Below are positions 41,877 to 57,126 of a stretch of 64,000 nucleotides of DNA, piece by piece (position 1 is the first letter of the stretch; every line of letters starts with the position of its first letter). The DNA lies in NCBI GenBank assembly GCA_951406725.2, contig OX597828.1, positions 22,630,001 through 22,694,000 of the forward strand, written 5' to 3'. The stretch comes from Octopus vulgaris. Lineage: Eukaryota. The notes beneath the pieces are model-generated. The model had not been told where the DNA came from. It saw nothing but the letters and a program-made list of their open reading frames with translations, and did not search any database. The position numbers and the translations under genes were made by a program.

Positions 41877-41937
41877 ATTGTGGTTGTTCTGCTTTTTGAT
41901 GCCTGTAATGCTGTTGCCGCCACCGCTGCTGCTGCTG

Positions 41938-41996
<59 letters not shown>

Positions 41997-42051
41997 GCTA
42001 CTACTACTACTACTACTGCTACTGCTGCTGCTGCTGCTACTACTACTACCA

Positions 42052-42102
<51 letters not shown>

Positions 42103-42121
42103 TTAATACTGCTACTACTAC
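41837..42121. repeat. (TTA)n plus (CTG/CTA)n trinucleotide array
   Basis: Direct inspection; source of the poly-S/T/L/V ORFs. Confidence 0.95.
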
Positions 42122-42217
42122 GTAGTAGTATCGTGTTGTTGTCGTTATTGTTGTTATCTGAAATAAACCGTCTGCCGGATGTTATATAAGCTCTGAAATT
42201 ACCATTTAAAATAGAAT

Positions 42218-42265
<48 letters not shown>

Positions 42266-42925
42266 CATACATAGATACATACATACGTACATACATATAT
42301 TGATATACATGTATATAGATGTGTGGTCGTGTGCGTGTGTGTGGGGTGGTATATGGATTCATATATCTACATGCTTATGTATGTATGTATGTGTATGTTC
42401 CAAAACAGAGGCTAAAGGTCTCCGAAGACATACACGTATCATATTTGTCAGTTGTCCGCTCTCTGTATTTATAATGTTAAAGAGGTTACGAAGAATCTTT
42501 ATTTTGGCAACATCGGTGCTGGACTTGTTTAACCCAAGTTCTCTGAAGACTCCCAAACTTAGCTCTGAGAACCACTTAGTTTCACATTATATTACTTTTA
42601 GCACGTTAATTTTATGGTGAAAGATCTTGATGTGCATTTCGTTTGGTTAATGGAATTTCTTCTGTTGGCATTGAGGTGTAAACGTTCAAATATTCTACCA
42701 AATTAAAGGTGGTGAATTCGATATATTCGGCATAATGCCTCGCAGCGATATTTGTTCAAATTATGAGTGATCGCGGTTCAAATCTCGACGGGGTCGACAT
42801 TTCGGGAGGAGTAGATGAGATGCACTCTTTTTTTCTGGCTTTTTTTGTATTGTGATGACAAGAATCGAAAGATTCTTATTGTCATCAAGCTCTTTCGCAC
42901 TTTCTCTTTTCTGTCACCTATTTTG

Positions 42926-42986
<61 letters not shown>

Positions 42987-43103
42987 CTCTCACTTTCTCT
43001 TTGACTATATGTATGTATATATATACTTATGTGCATATATTATCAAACATAATTACACGCACACACAAACACACATTCACATACACACATACACACACAC
43101 ACG

Positions 43104-43412
<309 letters not shown>

Positions 43413-44775
43413 CGTACACACACGCACACACATTATCTCACGGAGATCTGAAAATATATTTAGTGGCTGATCCTTGAATGACGGCGCGATATATACCACA
43501 GTCAGAAGCGGAATGTAAAAGGAATGCGCCATTCTGTGATCAAAGACATTCTAGGTCCTGACTACCTTTTCGAGAAATATTGCACTAGAACAGCATGCTT
43601 ATCGGCATTTCTTTAAGCTCTTTACGTTCTGAGCCCAACTGCAGCTGGGGTTGACATTTCCGTTTAGGGTTTGCTACTTTAAGTTATAGTTGAGCACTAT
43701 ATATATGTAATGGACTATCGATTCTCAGTTTGAGAATTGTGCCAAAATCTGAAAAAAAAATAGTAATAATGGTATCGTTGTTATTGTTCTGTGTTTTCTT
43801 TCTACGTTTATGACAGCGAATCTCACCAATTTTAATGCACTTCTCTGTTATATTAAGTCTCAGGTCCTTGCCACTATTTGTACCGTTTGCGAACGACCGC
43901 CATTACGGCGTCTAGTATTTGCAGCGTCTCATGGCAATGTTCCTTGTTTTGGAGATTGTTCAGGGTGCAGCAGTCACCATGAGAACTACGCTCACACTTA
44001 CACGTTTATAAAATCACCACTTTAAATGCCATATTTTGATAGTTTTCGAGCTTTGCATTTTGTTTTCATAATGTTCCGATATGATAATGTTGTTTTCTAG
44101 TATCTCATTGCCCTAAATTTAGGCTCACTCGTTGGCTTATTGGACGATAAAACGTCTAAAGGAGCCGAGTATGATATGAATAAACGCTGTGTTTTAGTTT
44201 ACAGCTCAATAACCATTTAATTTTGCAAGATGACGCCATTTCGTTTCTTTTTATGTTTGTTTTATCAATGTTTGGTTGTTTTGCGGAAGATTTGACGTTA
44301 GTACTTCCGGTTCGTTAGAAAACCATCAGATAAGGTTTTTAACTTTTATTTTTTAAGTGTTTTATTATTAATTTCTTTTATGTATTGTTTTAGTCTCACC
44401 TCATACTATTCAAAACTTCTCAAATTCCCACCATAGATCTTCAATCAAGATATAAATCGCAATTCGCGGTCCCATTTATCCTCACGGTCAAGCCTTGCGG
44501 AAACCAAATTTCAACTGAAAATTTAAAAGCATTTAATAAAAATATTCAACAAGAAATATAACCGAAAAAAATAATCACAAAATAATGGTAAGAGAAAAAA
44601 TTAAGAAAATAACATATATTTTTGAGAACAAAATTGTATTTTAAAAGATCGTTTTATTGAGGACACTTCTTACACTCATTGATTAATATATATGGGTTGA
44701 GTGAAGATAATTTCGTTCGGTGTCTCCTAAGACTCGGATAACAAGAAGATTAGGTATTTACACTGTCGTGTTTGT

Positions 44776-45084
44776 GGCGCATGGTTCAGTGGTTAGTCGC
44801 GGGCTCACAATCATGAATTAGTGAGTTCGATTACCGGATCAGGTTCTGTTGGGTTCTTGAGCAAAACACTTTATTTCACGTTGCCCCAGTTCACTCAGCT
44901 GTAGAAGTAGCGACGTCACTGGGGCCAGGTTGTATCGGCCTTTGCCTTTCCCTTAGATAACATGGGAGGCTGGTATGTATGGGCGACTATTGGTCTTCCA
45001 TAAACAACCTTACCCTGAGTTGTGCCTCGGGGGGAACTTTCTAGGTGCAATCTCATGGTCATTCATGGCAAAAGGGGGTTCTTT
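44776..45084 (+). mobile_element. SINE family C
   Basis: GGCGCATGGTTCAGTGG...GAGTTCGATTACC...TTCTTGAGCAAAACACTTT...ggtcattcatggcaaaagggggtt. Confidence 0.9.
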
Positions 45085-45534
45085 ACTCTGTGTATGAATA
45101 AAAATGTAAATACTCTAATATTCAGAGACGCAGCCTTCTGCAGGGCGCATCTTTCAGTTCAGTTAATCCTTTTACATGTCTCAAGAATTCTACTTGGTCT
45201 CTTTAAAGAGGATCCTAATCTTAGGCTATACAACTCACGTTGATATATATAATTCTGGCTCATAAAATGATAACAAAAATTAATGCAACTGTCGGAATTT
45301 GCATCTAGTTTTTGGTTATTTATTAGTCGTAGAACTAATGGTGATGTTAGCGGGGATTGTGGTTGATGTGTTCGTGGTCGTTTAGTTTAAATATCTGCAG
45401 CCATTTATGTTTAGAAAGAGATAGGCTGTTCCGACGATTGAATCAACTGAATAACTTGTCGTCGCAAACGACGAATGCCAGGATGCCAAAGATTCTAGAT
45501 ACTAGCAATACCCAAAAATCTTTAATATATAATA

Positions 45535-45970
45535 TTTTACTCTTTTTCTAGTTTCAATCATTTGACTGCGGCCATGCTGGAGCACCACCTTTAGTCTTTG
45601 TAAGTCTAGTGCTTATTCTATCGGGCTCTTTTGCCGAACCACTAAATTAGGGGGACTTAAACACACCAACATCGGTTGTCAAGCGATGGCGGGAGGAGAA
45701 ATACAGACAATTATATAAATACACATATATCTATATGAATACACACGTACATATATATATATATATATATACGACGATGGTGTGTCCCCAACATCGCTTG
45801 ACAACTGATGTCGGTGTGTTCACGTCACCGTAACTTAGCGGTGCGGTTCGGCAAAATAGACCGATAGAATAAGTACTAAGCTTAGAAAGAATAAGTATTG
45901 TTCTCGATTTGTTCGACTACAGGCGGTGCTCCAGCATGGCCGCAGTCAAATGACTGAAACAAAAGAATAA
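45535..45970. mobile_element. Two inverted SINE family A 3' halves forming a fold-back
   Basis: Minus tail 45535-45710 and plus tail 45780-45970, joined across a TA-rich spacer ending ATACGACG. Confidence 0.85.
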
Positions 45971-47922
45971 CAGAATATATAGATGATCAAGAAAGATGGC
46001 GAGGAAGAGAAAGAGGGAGGCAGGGAAATGAAAACACAGAAAATACAGAGAATCTGAGGGAGAAAGGGGGCAAAGATAATAGAAGCGTCAGAAGGGAAGT
46101 ACTTGTTACATGCTACTTCCATTTTGTGTATATATTTGTGCGTGTGTATTCGTATGTGTGTGTCTGTTTGTGAGTGTGTACGAGAAAGAGCGAGAGAAAA
46201 AGAGAGAAAGATTGCACGTACGTACGTGTCTAACACTCGCCGTGGTGTCTTCAATTATCTTCACAACCAGTATAAGTGGCAACGTGTTAAGTCATGTAAT
46301 CGTTGGATCGAATGAAAGCAAGCCGAGGCTTACACAAAACACGGTACACTAAAACAAAAGATCGCAATATTCATATCGGGGAGATGATGATTGAGAAGAC
46401 GGCGCGGAGTGGTTCCTGTCTGTGGTTGGGTGATTGGAGAGAAGGAAACAAGGAGAGAAAAGAAGAGGAGAAATGCAGGAGAGTGAGCATGCAAATGTTT
46501 TGTGTTGGTATTGGTCACGGAGCGGAATGGAGGTAAAAATTAATAGAACTTAATAGCGAGAATAAATTGCTAAATGAAGATCATGTAATCTCTTCGTGAA
46601 TCGAAGAGAATCGTGTATGATACAGAGGACTTGATATTGAGGAAGATAATGACAGGAAAAGCACAATGAAATTACGTGATATATTTATAAAAGACAACAA
46701 TCATATATGATGATCATTGGAAATGTATGAATGGATACCTTCAGAAAGACAAGAGTTACATGTAAAAAGAATCGAAACGAAGAGGTTTTGTAAAGCGTTT
46801 AAAAGGCTGAGTTTCTCTTGAAAACGAAATGGACAGTAAGTTTTGTTGTGTGCCGTGATGGTGTAGTGCCAGGTTCAAATTCAAGAACGGGAATTGTTTT
46901 AGATATTCATGCGAGTGATTTGCTCCGATTTATATTCTGCCTTTTTGATTCTTTCACTCATTCGAGTTGATCTACTCTGTATCAATTCTTCAAAAGGTAT
47001 AATCGAATTTATCTGCGCTTAAATAAATCTAAGCTAAAAATTGATACTTATTTTATCGATCACAGGGTAATAAGGGCAAAACACAATCGCGAATATGAGT
47101 GGGTCAAACCCGTGTAAATATTTTGAAATGTATAGTCGATTTTGTTCACGTTTAAATAAATGTAAAACACAAATCGGTACAGAATTTATAGATTTAGAAG
47201 GGAAATAAAGACAAACAACGAACGGGATTTTGAACTCAGGGTACGATGGAAGGAAAGCAAATTCCAAAAGACATTTTTCGCCATATCACTCTGCTGTAGA
47301 CACGTGATCGTTCACATATATATGCATTATTCATACACATGCGCACACGCACCTACAAACGTATTTCCTTGAAGTACAGTTAAAAGTTCGTGTGTCGGTG
47401 AAATTGAGGGCTCCATGTAGTGTACCATCATTGTGTATTCTACTTCCAGTAAATTACGATGATTGCTACTCGGAGTTTACGTATGAGTTTACGTAAGATT
47501 TATGTATGACAAACAGAAAATATAGTCCATATTATTTGTTATTATACATGTTTCGACGATTCCAGGACTCGCCATTGTGGCTGTTTTTATCCTCTGCACC
47601 GGATACACACACAAAACACACACACACACACACATATATATGTATATGTGCGTGTGTGTGTTTGTATGTGTGTGTGTGTGTATGTGTGTACATAGCTTGG
47701 TTGAAGTAGTGAACAGATTTAATATATTAAGTAAAAGGAGGTATTCACAAATTTGGATAATTATTTATTTACCGCTTTCATCTCGTTTCACCGAATCATC
47801 AGGAATGACTTTTTTTTTTTACATAGAAGTTATGCCTTTTATTTATATAAAGATATATGTGAGTTAGTGGAAAATGTACTTTATCATTTTGAATATATAC
47901 ATACATCCGCGCACACACACAC

Positions 47923-47982
<60 letters not shown>

Positions 47983-48002
47983 CATAAATATATATGTAGG
48001 TT

Positions 48003-48049
<47 letters not shown>

Positions 48050-48597
48050 GATGTGTTTATATATGTATATATATATATACATATATATATCGATACACAC
48101 GTATATATATATATATATACATATATCTATACAAGCTCACACGCGCGCATACATATATACGTGTATATTATTCTTTCTCATATTTACCCAACATATTAAA
48201 CATTCACGCAACACCACATCACTATCCCCTTTTATCAAATCCATCTCAAAATTTCAAAGCTAAACATTATTCCTTTCTTTATATTTTAGATGTGACCGTG
48301 TCCGCTATTTTCTGTTTTATTTATACTATTTCATCGCTTTCATGGTGGTAGTGGTGGTGGTGGTAATGTGGTATGGTATCTATGAGGGAGGCGGTTGTCG
48401 TTGGACAAGTGGGAGTGTTGGTCGCGTACGGAATGTTAGTAATGGTTTTGTTATTGTTAAGGGTGGGGAAAAGGGGTGGAGATGGCGAGGGTAGTAGTAC
48501 TAGTTTCGGTGGAAACGGAGACTGGTTGCCCTGGTGATGCTGTTATTTAGAGATTAATGAGTTTCTTTATATTTTTGCGCTCTTCTCTCTCTCTCTC

Positions 48598-48683
<86 letters not shown>

Positions 48684-48724
48684 TATATATATAACGAATT
48701 TTTAAAAATGGAGTAAAATCCAGG

Positions 48725-49773
48725 CTATATATGCTTCATAGATAACAAACTAGGAAGTAGTAATTAACCAAACGTGGGGTGAAAGATACCTTTACTCAAT
48801 TCCCTAATTTTGAATTTCTATTCGCATATACACCAAATCAGGATTGGTGTATACAAACAGATCCATGTATATACAGGATTTAAGGTTAAATGTAAATTTT
48901 AGATAATTACGTAACGATTTACCTGTATAAGAAGATATATATGTCAATTGCTGTCTCCGTAAGTAAATCTAGATTTCCATGCTACACGAGGAATATCTAA
49001 GACTACAATTGGTAACATACCATAATAATACTACCGGCTATTTGGGAATTCTAAGGGTGAACGAGCTCTATTTTAACTCTAATACGTTCTTAACAGGACA
49101 CACCTCAACTGACCCCCCACCCACCCACACATATATATAATCAGTACAGGTATAAGAAACCACAGAAGTTTATGATTGTAAGCGGGAAGCCACAAGAGGT
49201 TGTTAAGGACTGCCTGTATCTAGGACCAAAGATTGCGAACACAGGGAGTGATATAGTTGAGAGGAAAAGCCTTTACCTGACCTTGGTAAAGACCTGATGA
49301 TCCCTCTCTTCGTTGCTTCCGTGGAGTCAGTGCTGTTGTACGGGTCTGAGACTTCGACGCTGACCAAGAAACTCACCCAGATGGTGGATGGGCTCTACAT
49401 GAGAAAGCTGAGGATGGCTCTGAATATTAATCACTATATACTGAGGATGAAGTACTCAGAGCTGTACGAGGGTCGAAACGATATTCGTACAAAATAAAGA
49501 CTAATACCATATCCATCTTCTGGTTATTTATTCATTAATTATCATAATCATCATCATCATTATTATTATCATATACAGATTGATAGATAGGTATAAAGAC
49601 AGATATACATTTAAATATATACTTTAAATCCTGTATAAACATGGATCTGTTTGTATACACCAATCCTGATTTGCGAATAAAAATTCAAAATTAGGGAATT
49701 GAGTAAAGGTATCTCTCACCCCACGTTTGGTTAATTACTCCATCCTAGTTTGTTATCTATGAAGCATATATAG
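48725..49773. repeat. ~170-bp inverted repeats enclosing ~710 bp
   Basis: 48725-48894 (CTATATATGCTTCATAGATAACAAACTAGGA...CAGGATTTAA) is the reverse complement of 49606-49773. Confidence 0.9.
49166..49470 (+). mobile_element. RTE LINE reverse transcriptase thumb fragment (internally deleted)
   Basis: GKPQEVVKDCLYLGPKIANTGSDI... then LFVASVESVLLYGSETSTLTKKLTQMVDGLYMRKLRMALNI. Confidence 0.85.
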
Positions 49774-49952
49774 ACAAAGGGATTAAGTCGATTACCTCGA
49801 CCCCAGTGCGTAACTGGTACTTAATTTATCGACCCCGGAAGGATGAAAGGCAAAGTCGACCTCGGCGGAATTTGAACTGGGAACATAACGGCAGACGAAA
49901 TACGGCAACGCATTTCGCCCGGCGTGCAAACGTTTCTGCCAGCTCGCCGCCT
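49772..49952 (-). mobile_element. SINE family B, 3'-truncated at the inverted-repeat arm
   Basis: gacaaagggattaagtcgatta...ggatgaaaggcaaagtcgacctcggcggaatttgaact...ccagctcgccgcc. Confidence 0.9.
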
Positions 49953-51036
49953 TAGACACATATATTATGTGTTTCAATGGCTGTGAGGACGTCCGTGGAT
50001 ATACTAGTGTATGTGATTGTGTGCTTGTGTGACCGCTTGCATGTATGTGTATGATGTGCGCGCGTGTGTGACTGTGCTAATGCGTGCGGATATTTGGATA
50101 CGCATGAGTTGATTCATTCCCCATGACATTGCATTCATGAGAATATACCCGAATTTGAACCCCGTCGCACATAGCGGGTAAGCGATCTCCATCCTAAAAG
50201 GAACAGCTGATCTACGAGGAAAAGTACATACTTGGTAAATTCTATACAGTAATTTATCGCAAGGCCTTGGCACTACAGGGTAAGCTTTCTCCTTATACTG
50301 GACAGTTTTCATCGGAGTTTACCATTTTAAATATGAACTCTTTCCAACATGCAAAGATAGGTGAGACAAGCTTTTGCGATTGGTTAGTGTCATTGTTTCT
50401 GGACGATACTTTTGGTTTCCAACATGCAATGAAAGGCTAACTTATGCTGGCATCTTAGCAGCAGCGGCTGGCCGGATGGTAGTTTTTTTTTTTTATTTTT
50501 ATCTCCACACTTGAATGATTTCACAGGTCATCGTGTAAGAATAGTCTATTATAGATATATAGAAACATTTTTGGATGGACTCTTATGAGGTCCTCCGCCC
50601 TTCGTCGGTGCTTGATTTGAGTCCCACGGGAGAGGTTGGTGGGGTTGCCGATTTAGTCACCGACAGACCGAGCATGCAACACATGGTACTGGGTTACATG
50701 TTACCAGTAGCGCTGCGAAGCGAGCTGACACACTGACAAATTACTCTGATATTATTCATGAAGAAATATGAAGCCTACTGTATCGGGTTACACACATACT
50801 AACATCAACATTGATGTTTGCATACATATCTTTGTATACACGCACACACACAGATACAACAAACAGATATATGTATATATATATTTTTGTACATATATAT
50901 ATATGTAAAAATACGTGTGTGTTCTAATATATATGATTATCTAAGTATGAATCATATAAACAGCTAATAAGCGACAAAATTTTATTTTAGAATATTGTTC
51001 GTTTGCGTGTTCTCCTTCTTATACACAAGATGAACA

Positions 51037-51080
<44 letters not shown>

Positions 51081-51117
51081 GTGTGTATATATACATGTAT
51101 ATATATGCATATATATG

Positions 51118-51170
<53 letters not shown>

Positions 51171-51623
51171 ATATGTATATATTTATATATATACATGTGT
51201 ATATATGTATATGTGTATATATGTATATTTATATATATACACATATGTGTGCGTATGTACATATGCATATGTATGTAGAAATATATATATGTATATATTT
51301 ATATATGTGTGTGTCTTTGTACATATGTGGATACATATAAGAGAACGACATAAAGAAAAGAAATTTAAGAAAATGTCATAACGTAAAAAAATATCTAAAT
51401 CTTGATGAAAAAGACAAACGTAAAGGACATTATTTTGCCGCTTGCTAATTATATTCACAACTGAATGATTAAAAGCTAATAATTCCTTTTTCATCTTCGA
51501 ACTTTTGAACCAATAATATTTTCAATGATTTCTTTCTATTTTGGATAAAAGTGATGAAATTAAAAATATATAGAATCAACACTAAAATAAGAAAAAATAA
51601 AATCCTGAGGAACACTAGACCTA

Positions 51624-51690
<67 letters not shown>

Positions 51691-51691
51691 C

Positions 51692-51751
<60 letters not shown>

Positions 51752-51769
51752 TGTATATATACGTATATA

Positions 51770-51811
<42 letters not shown>

Positions 51812-51878
51812 ATCAAAAGTGTAAAAAATAAACCATTAAATCAAAGTTGAAAAATGAAATCTTTTCGTGTCAAATCTC

Positions 51879-51964
<86 letters not shown>

Positions 51965-52304
51965 TTATCATCACTCATAACTCTTATTAATATGATTATT
52001 TTTATAATTATCATCGTTATTGCTACTACGACTCATATTATTATTATTATTATTATTATTATTGTTATTATTATTATTATTGTTGTTGTTGTTGTTGTTA
52101 TTTTTCATTTTTAAATGTTATATTTAAACAGAATTTTCAATGTGAATATCAGATGGTTTATTACAGTTATGATATATGTTCTTAGCTTTGTTTCGACACG
52201 AGATCCTGTTTAACTATTTTAATATTTATCATTTTAATCATTTTTCCTAATACTGTTATTGTTCTTTATATGTATTATCTTTAATATCATTATCATAATT
52301 ATCC

Positions 52305-52365
<61 letters not shown>

Positions 52366-52808
52366 CATCGTCATCATCTTAGTCTTAATCTTATAATCCG
52401 CACTATATATATATATATATATATATATATGCATATGTATATGTAGAGACACATGCCCGTTATATATATATATGTGTGTATGTATACGCATATGTACATG
52501 TATATATGGATTTATTTGTATACATATGCTTTTGTTTTTAATGGATTACTCTAGCGGAAGAAGAAATAAATCACGTCGTATAATGGCAGTTTTACCGACA
52601 CGTTAAGAATGGGTGCAAGAAGGAAACAACTCAAAATGGCAGCAACACCATTCAATAGAAAACCTGGTCTTTATATTCCTTCACACGTCGACTGCCTCAC
52701 CCGCCAAATCGGGTGTTAATTATTGCTATCGTAAATATTAAAAATTTAAGAATAAACAACATAGAAGTCAGAATCTTAAATTAAGAATAATGGAACGGAA
52801 AAACGAAT

Positions 52809-52862
<54 letters not shown>

Positions 52863-52931
52863 TATGAACCAAAATTACAACCCAATACGCCCTAAAATTC
52901 TTATGTGGATTACAGACACACAATCCTACGC

Positions 52932-52991
<60 letters not shown>

Positions 52992-53063
52992 ATGTGTTGC
53001 AGGATATAGCTGCACGCAGGAAAGAAATCCCAAACCGTATTTCATTGGTATTAGTATTATTAA

Positions 53064-53124
<61 letters not shown>

Positions 53125-54192
53125 GCCATCATCATCCTCGTCGTCCTCATCATCCTCATAATATTTTGTTATTTTTATTTATGCAAATTGTTTTATTTAT
53201 TTAAAAAAAAAAATAACCGTAATATGAAGAATGAAAGGGGAAGATATGTTTTTAAGAAATTTCAAAATGGTGCTTATTTTTCAAGCAATTTTCCGATGAA
53301 TAATATTGCATGAATTATACTATATTAAATTATTATGAATTATAAAGCATGAAATAAACGATATTATATATAAATTAACAGCTGAGTAGATTGAAATTAT
53401 TTCGATCTAAAATTATTATATATTTTGTATTTTTCCTGTAATTCTTCATATTTCGTGGGTGGGAAATCCTATTTGAATGTACTTGTCTATCTCTATATAA
53501 AATATAATAATTTGTGGGATACATGCTGAAGTGCGAGCATGCAAACAATAATGTAACTATTCATGCTAAATGCATTCTGGCAGATTCCAATGTGATTATC
53601 CGACCGTTACTCTGTTTCGCCGTCGGAAGACACGGCCTCCATTTCGGTGGCTTGTGTCCGTAACGCACGTTATTCACTGGTGTATTGTGTGCTATGAACG
53701 AAGTTCGACTAAAGAAAAAAGTGTTCTCTGAAGGTGAGAAGCTTCAGCGATTAGCATATTCATGTTCGTATCTGTCAGAATGCAGCAAGAACGTATAAAT
53801 ACAATATTGTGTACGGCTAACATTTTTCTTAAATTTCTACAAAATATAGTCATGCAATGTATGGTTACTTAAGCCTATTACAACGCATCTTTGCACGTCA
53901 CTGTACCGTGGAGTCTTATAGACCGGTCGAATGTACCGCGGCCGAAGAAGAGTAAGGCGTTTCTTTATCATAATGGCATGCTTTGTTGGCGTCTGCACAA
54001 TTTCGAATGGCGTTTCTGATGGACAATTTATGTCGTGTCTGTAGCTGATTATTAATAAACTGTTGATTTTACTGGCTGTTGGGTGTGATTCAATATATCC
54101 AAGCGTTCAACTTAATATCATAACCGCATCTTGTTATCTCGTAGGTCCATATCTCAGTATATAACATAATGTAACTTAAAATATCAACTTCT

Positions 54193-54228
<36 letters not shown>

Positions 54229-55108
54229 CAGACAGACAGACAGACAGACAGAGACTATGTGTGTACATAAGAGAATACACGTGCTAATATTCTCACAGGC
54301 TTTGCAACTAGGCGACAGTAAAATTTAAGGTGAACGCACCACTTCAACGAGATGGACATACGTAATATTCTTACGATATTTTAATCGGAAAAGACTGGAA
54401 TGGTTTGGATAGAAGAATTCCCAATCCATTGACATATTCTGATCAGTTTCACATTTCTATATTCTTGCAAGGCAATTTATCTAATCATGCTGATTTACTG
54501 CGATTAAAATACCGTTAAACACGACTTGAAAGGTTTCCATAATATATCCATCCACCCATCCACACTTACATACATGGCCAGTGAGGTAAGTCCGAGTCGT
54601 GGTTATTGCTGGTTGAAAACTATATGTGCGTGTATACATATATATATATATATATATATATATGCACGTATATAATATCAATATATACATATATGTATAA
54701 ATATATGAGAGAACACAAATGGGTTATGGTTCACTACAGCGGTTTCAGGCGCGATCTTTTAGGTTTTTTTTTAACAAATCAAATACATTATTGTTGTTGT
54801 CAAGTCCTTTGGTGGATCTCTATTGCTCGTGAATAAAAGGAACCAACGCAATATATGACTCCTGGGAATCTAAAACTATGTTTAATAATCACTTTGATAA
54901 GCGTCTGCGATGAATTTCAGTGAGAAGTAAGTCTACAATCACAATATAGTAAGCAGCTGGTTAGTGTGGTCGATAAATTTTAAGCTTGTGAAATTACTAC
55001 CGTGTGTAAATGATGTACCTGGTACAGCAATCTAAATTAATAAGTACGGCTGATTAATGAGGTTATATGTTTATTTTCAACGATTGTAAAACATGGAGAT
55101 GAGTGTGC

Positions 55109-55241
<133 letters not shown>

Positions 55242-55440
55242 AATACACCCAGGCATATACATATATATGGATGCGTGTGTGAGGGCTGTGTGTGTGTGTG
55301 TGTATGTACATGGGTTTGGTGAAACATATGGTGATATGATTTTGGCTAACAAGCACAAGATAATGGAAAGTAGACATATACACACAAGCAAGCGTAATAA
55401 CAGACATATATATATATATAACTATATGTGTATATGCATG

Positions 55441-55503
<63 letters not shown>

Positions 55504-55771
55504 GGTGTTTATGTATGTATATATGTGCGTGTGTGTTTGTATGTGTGCGTATGTACATGCACGTTTATAATATCCACATGCATGCATATGTACGCGTGTC
55601 TCTATCAAGTTAGACACATATATGCAAGTGTGTGTGCGTGTACGCGAATCTATGCATGTGACTGCAACTGAGAAGAAATTAAAGTGATTGCAATATAATT
55701 GTTCTGAACTCCTGTAGCGCTGTCTAGTCTGATGTTATTAGTGCTAGCAAATAATATTATAAGTAACAACA

Positions 55772-55894
55772 GTGACGATAATAATAATAATAATAATGAT
55801 GATGATGATGATGATAATGATGATAATGATAATGATGATGATGATAATAATAATAATGATAATGATGATGATAATAATAATAATGATAACGATG

Positions 55895-55946
<52 letters not shown>

Positions 55947-56076
55947 TGATGATGATGATAATGATAATAATGATAATGATGATGATAATAATAATAATGA
56001 TAACGATGATGATAATAATAATAATGATAATTATAATAATAATAATAATAATAATATTAATATTAATAATAATAAT
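55772..56076. repeat. Compound (AAT)/(GAT) microsatellite with higher-order repetition
   Basis: Blocks such as GATAATAATAATAATGATAA(T/C)GATGAT recur several times. Confidence 0.95.
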
Positions 56077-56495
56077 CACGCTAGCTAGAACAATAGCAGC
56101 AAGAATAATAAAAATGATAGTAATGATTCTTGTTACCACTATCACCACTACTACTACTATTATTGTACTGATAACATTTATATCAAAGATCATTTATTAA
56201 TGTGATAATCTAGCCTCAGCATAAGTATTTAAATAATGCTACTAAATTATAGAAAAGACACAGTATATTACTGGTAAATATAGCTATATCATTATCAAGT
56301 GAATGTGAGTTGCCATTGACCTGAAAGCTATACGTAAATAATGCCGAACGTAAAAATTATGAACGCTACGCTAATCACTTTCTTTTCACTGTCTTTGGTA
56401 CTTCATTCAATTATAACCATAGCGATGATGATCATAATGATAATAATAGTAACAATAGTAAAAACAATAACAACAGCAGCAACAACGACAACAAC

Positions 56496-56533
<38 letters not shown>

Positions 56534-56535
<2 letters not shown>

Positions 56536-56728
56536 GGTGGTAGTAGTACCAATAAGTGTTGGAGCCCTGGGAACAGTGAGTAAGAATCTTCAGAAGTACA
56601 TGGAACAAATAAGGTCTGCAATAAGGGTGCAGCACTTGCAGAAAACAGCACTGCTTGTTACCTTAGTTCATTGCTAGTGAACAGCTGGTACCGTAGTACA
56701 TTTCCAGCATTGGAAGCTGTGCAAAGAC

Positions 56729-56729
<1 letters not shown>
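56534..56729 (+). mobile_element. R4/Dong-clade LINE 3' end (subfamily 1) inside (TAA)n
   Basis: KVVVVPISVGALGTVSKNLQKYMEQIRSAIRVQHLQKTALL matches the VPIV.GALG...LQK.ALL C-terminus; short 3'UTR, then (TAA)n. Confidence 0.85.
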
Positions 56730-56763
<34 letters not shown>

Positions 56764-56778
56764 TAATAATAATAATAA

Positions 56779-57078
56779 GGGGCTGATTACTACCTAGCTC
56801 AGATACCAGGAAACCCCCAAACGGCAGAAATTCAAAAGATAGCACTCATGGGAACTGCCCATATCCTACGAAATATACTATGTAATCTCAAATTTCAAAA
56901 CAAACTAATAATTTTCTTATGTTTTCTTAAATACTCTCTAAAACAATACTATGTACAAAACCAAATATATGGCACCCTAGGCATAACACCACCATGAACT
57001 GCTAACTCGTTGTCTCTTGAGGTCTCTGGGTGAATCAACTTGTATAAATATAAAGCAAAAGTCAAATATATAATAAGC

Positions 57079-57080
<2 letters not shown>
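56779..57080 (+). mobile_element. R4/Dong-clade LINE 3' end (subfamily 2) inside (TAA)n
   Basis: GADYYLAQIPGNPQTAEIQKIALMGTAHILRNIL matches the Q K.AL.GTA.ILR..L terminus; ~200-bp 3'UTR, then (TAA)n. Confidence 0.85.

Positions 57081-57126
<46 letters not shown>

Noticed and set aside
55732-56200. N/D-rich or M/I-rich ORFs
   Set aside because: Pure (AAT/GAT)n array open in several frames, with no splice signals or unique coding flanks.
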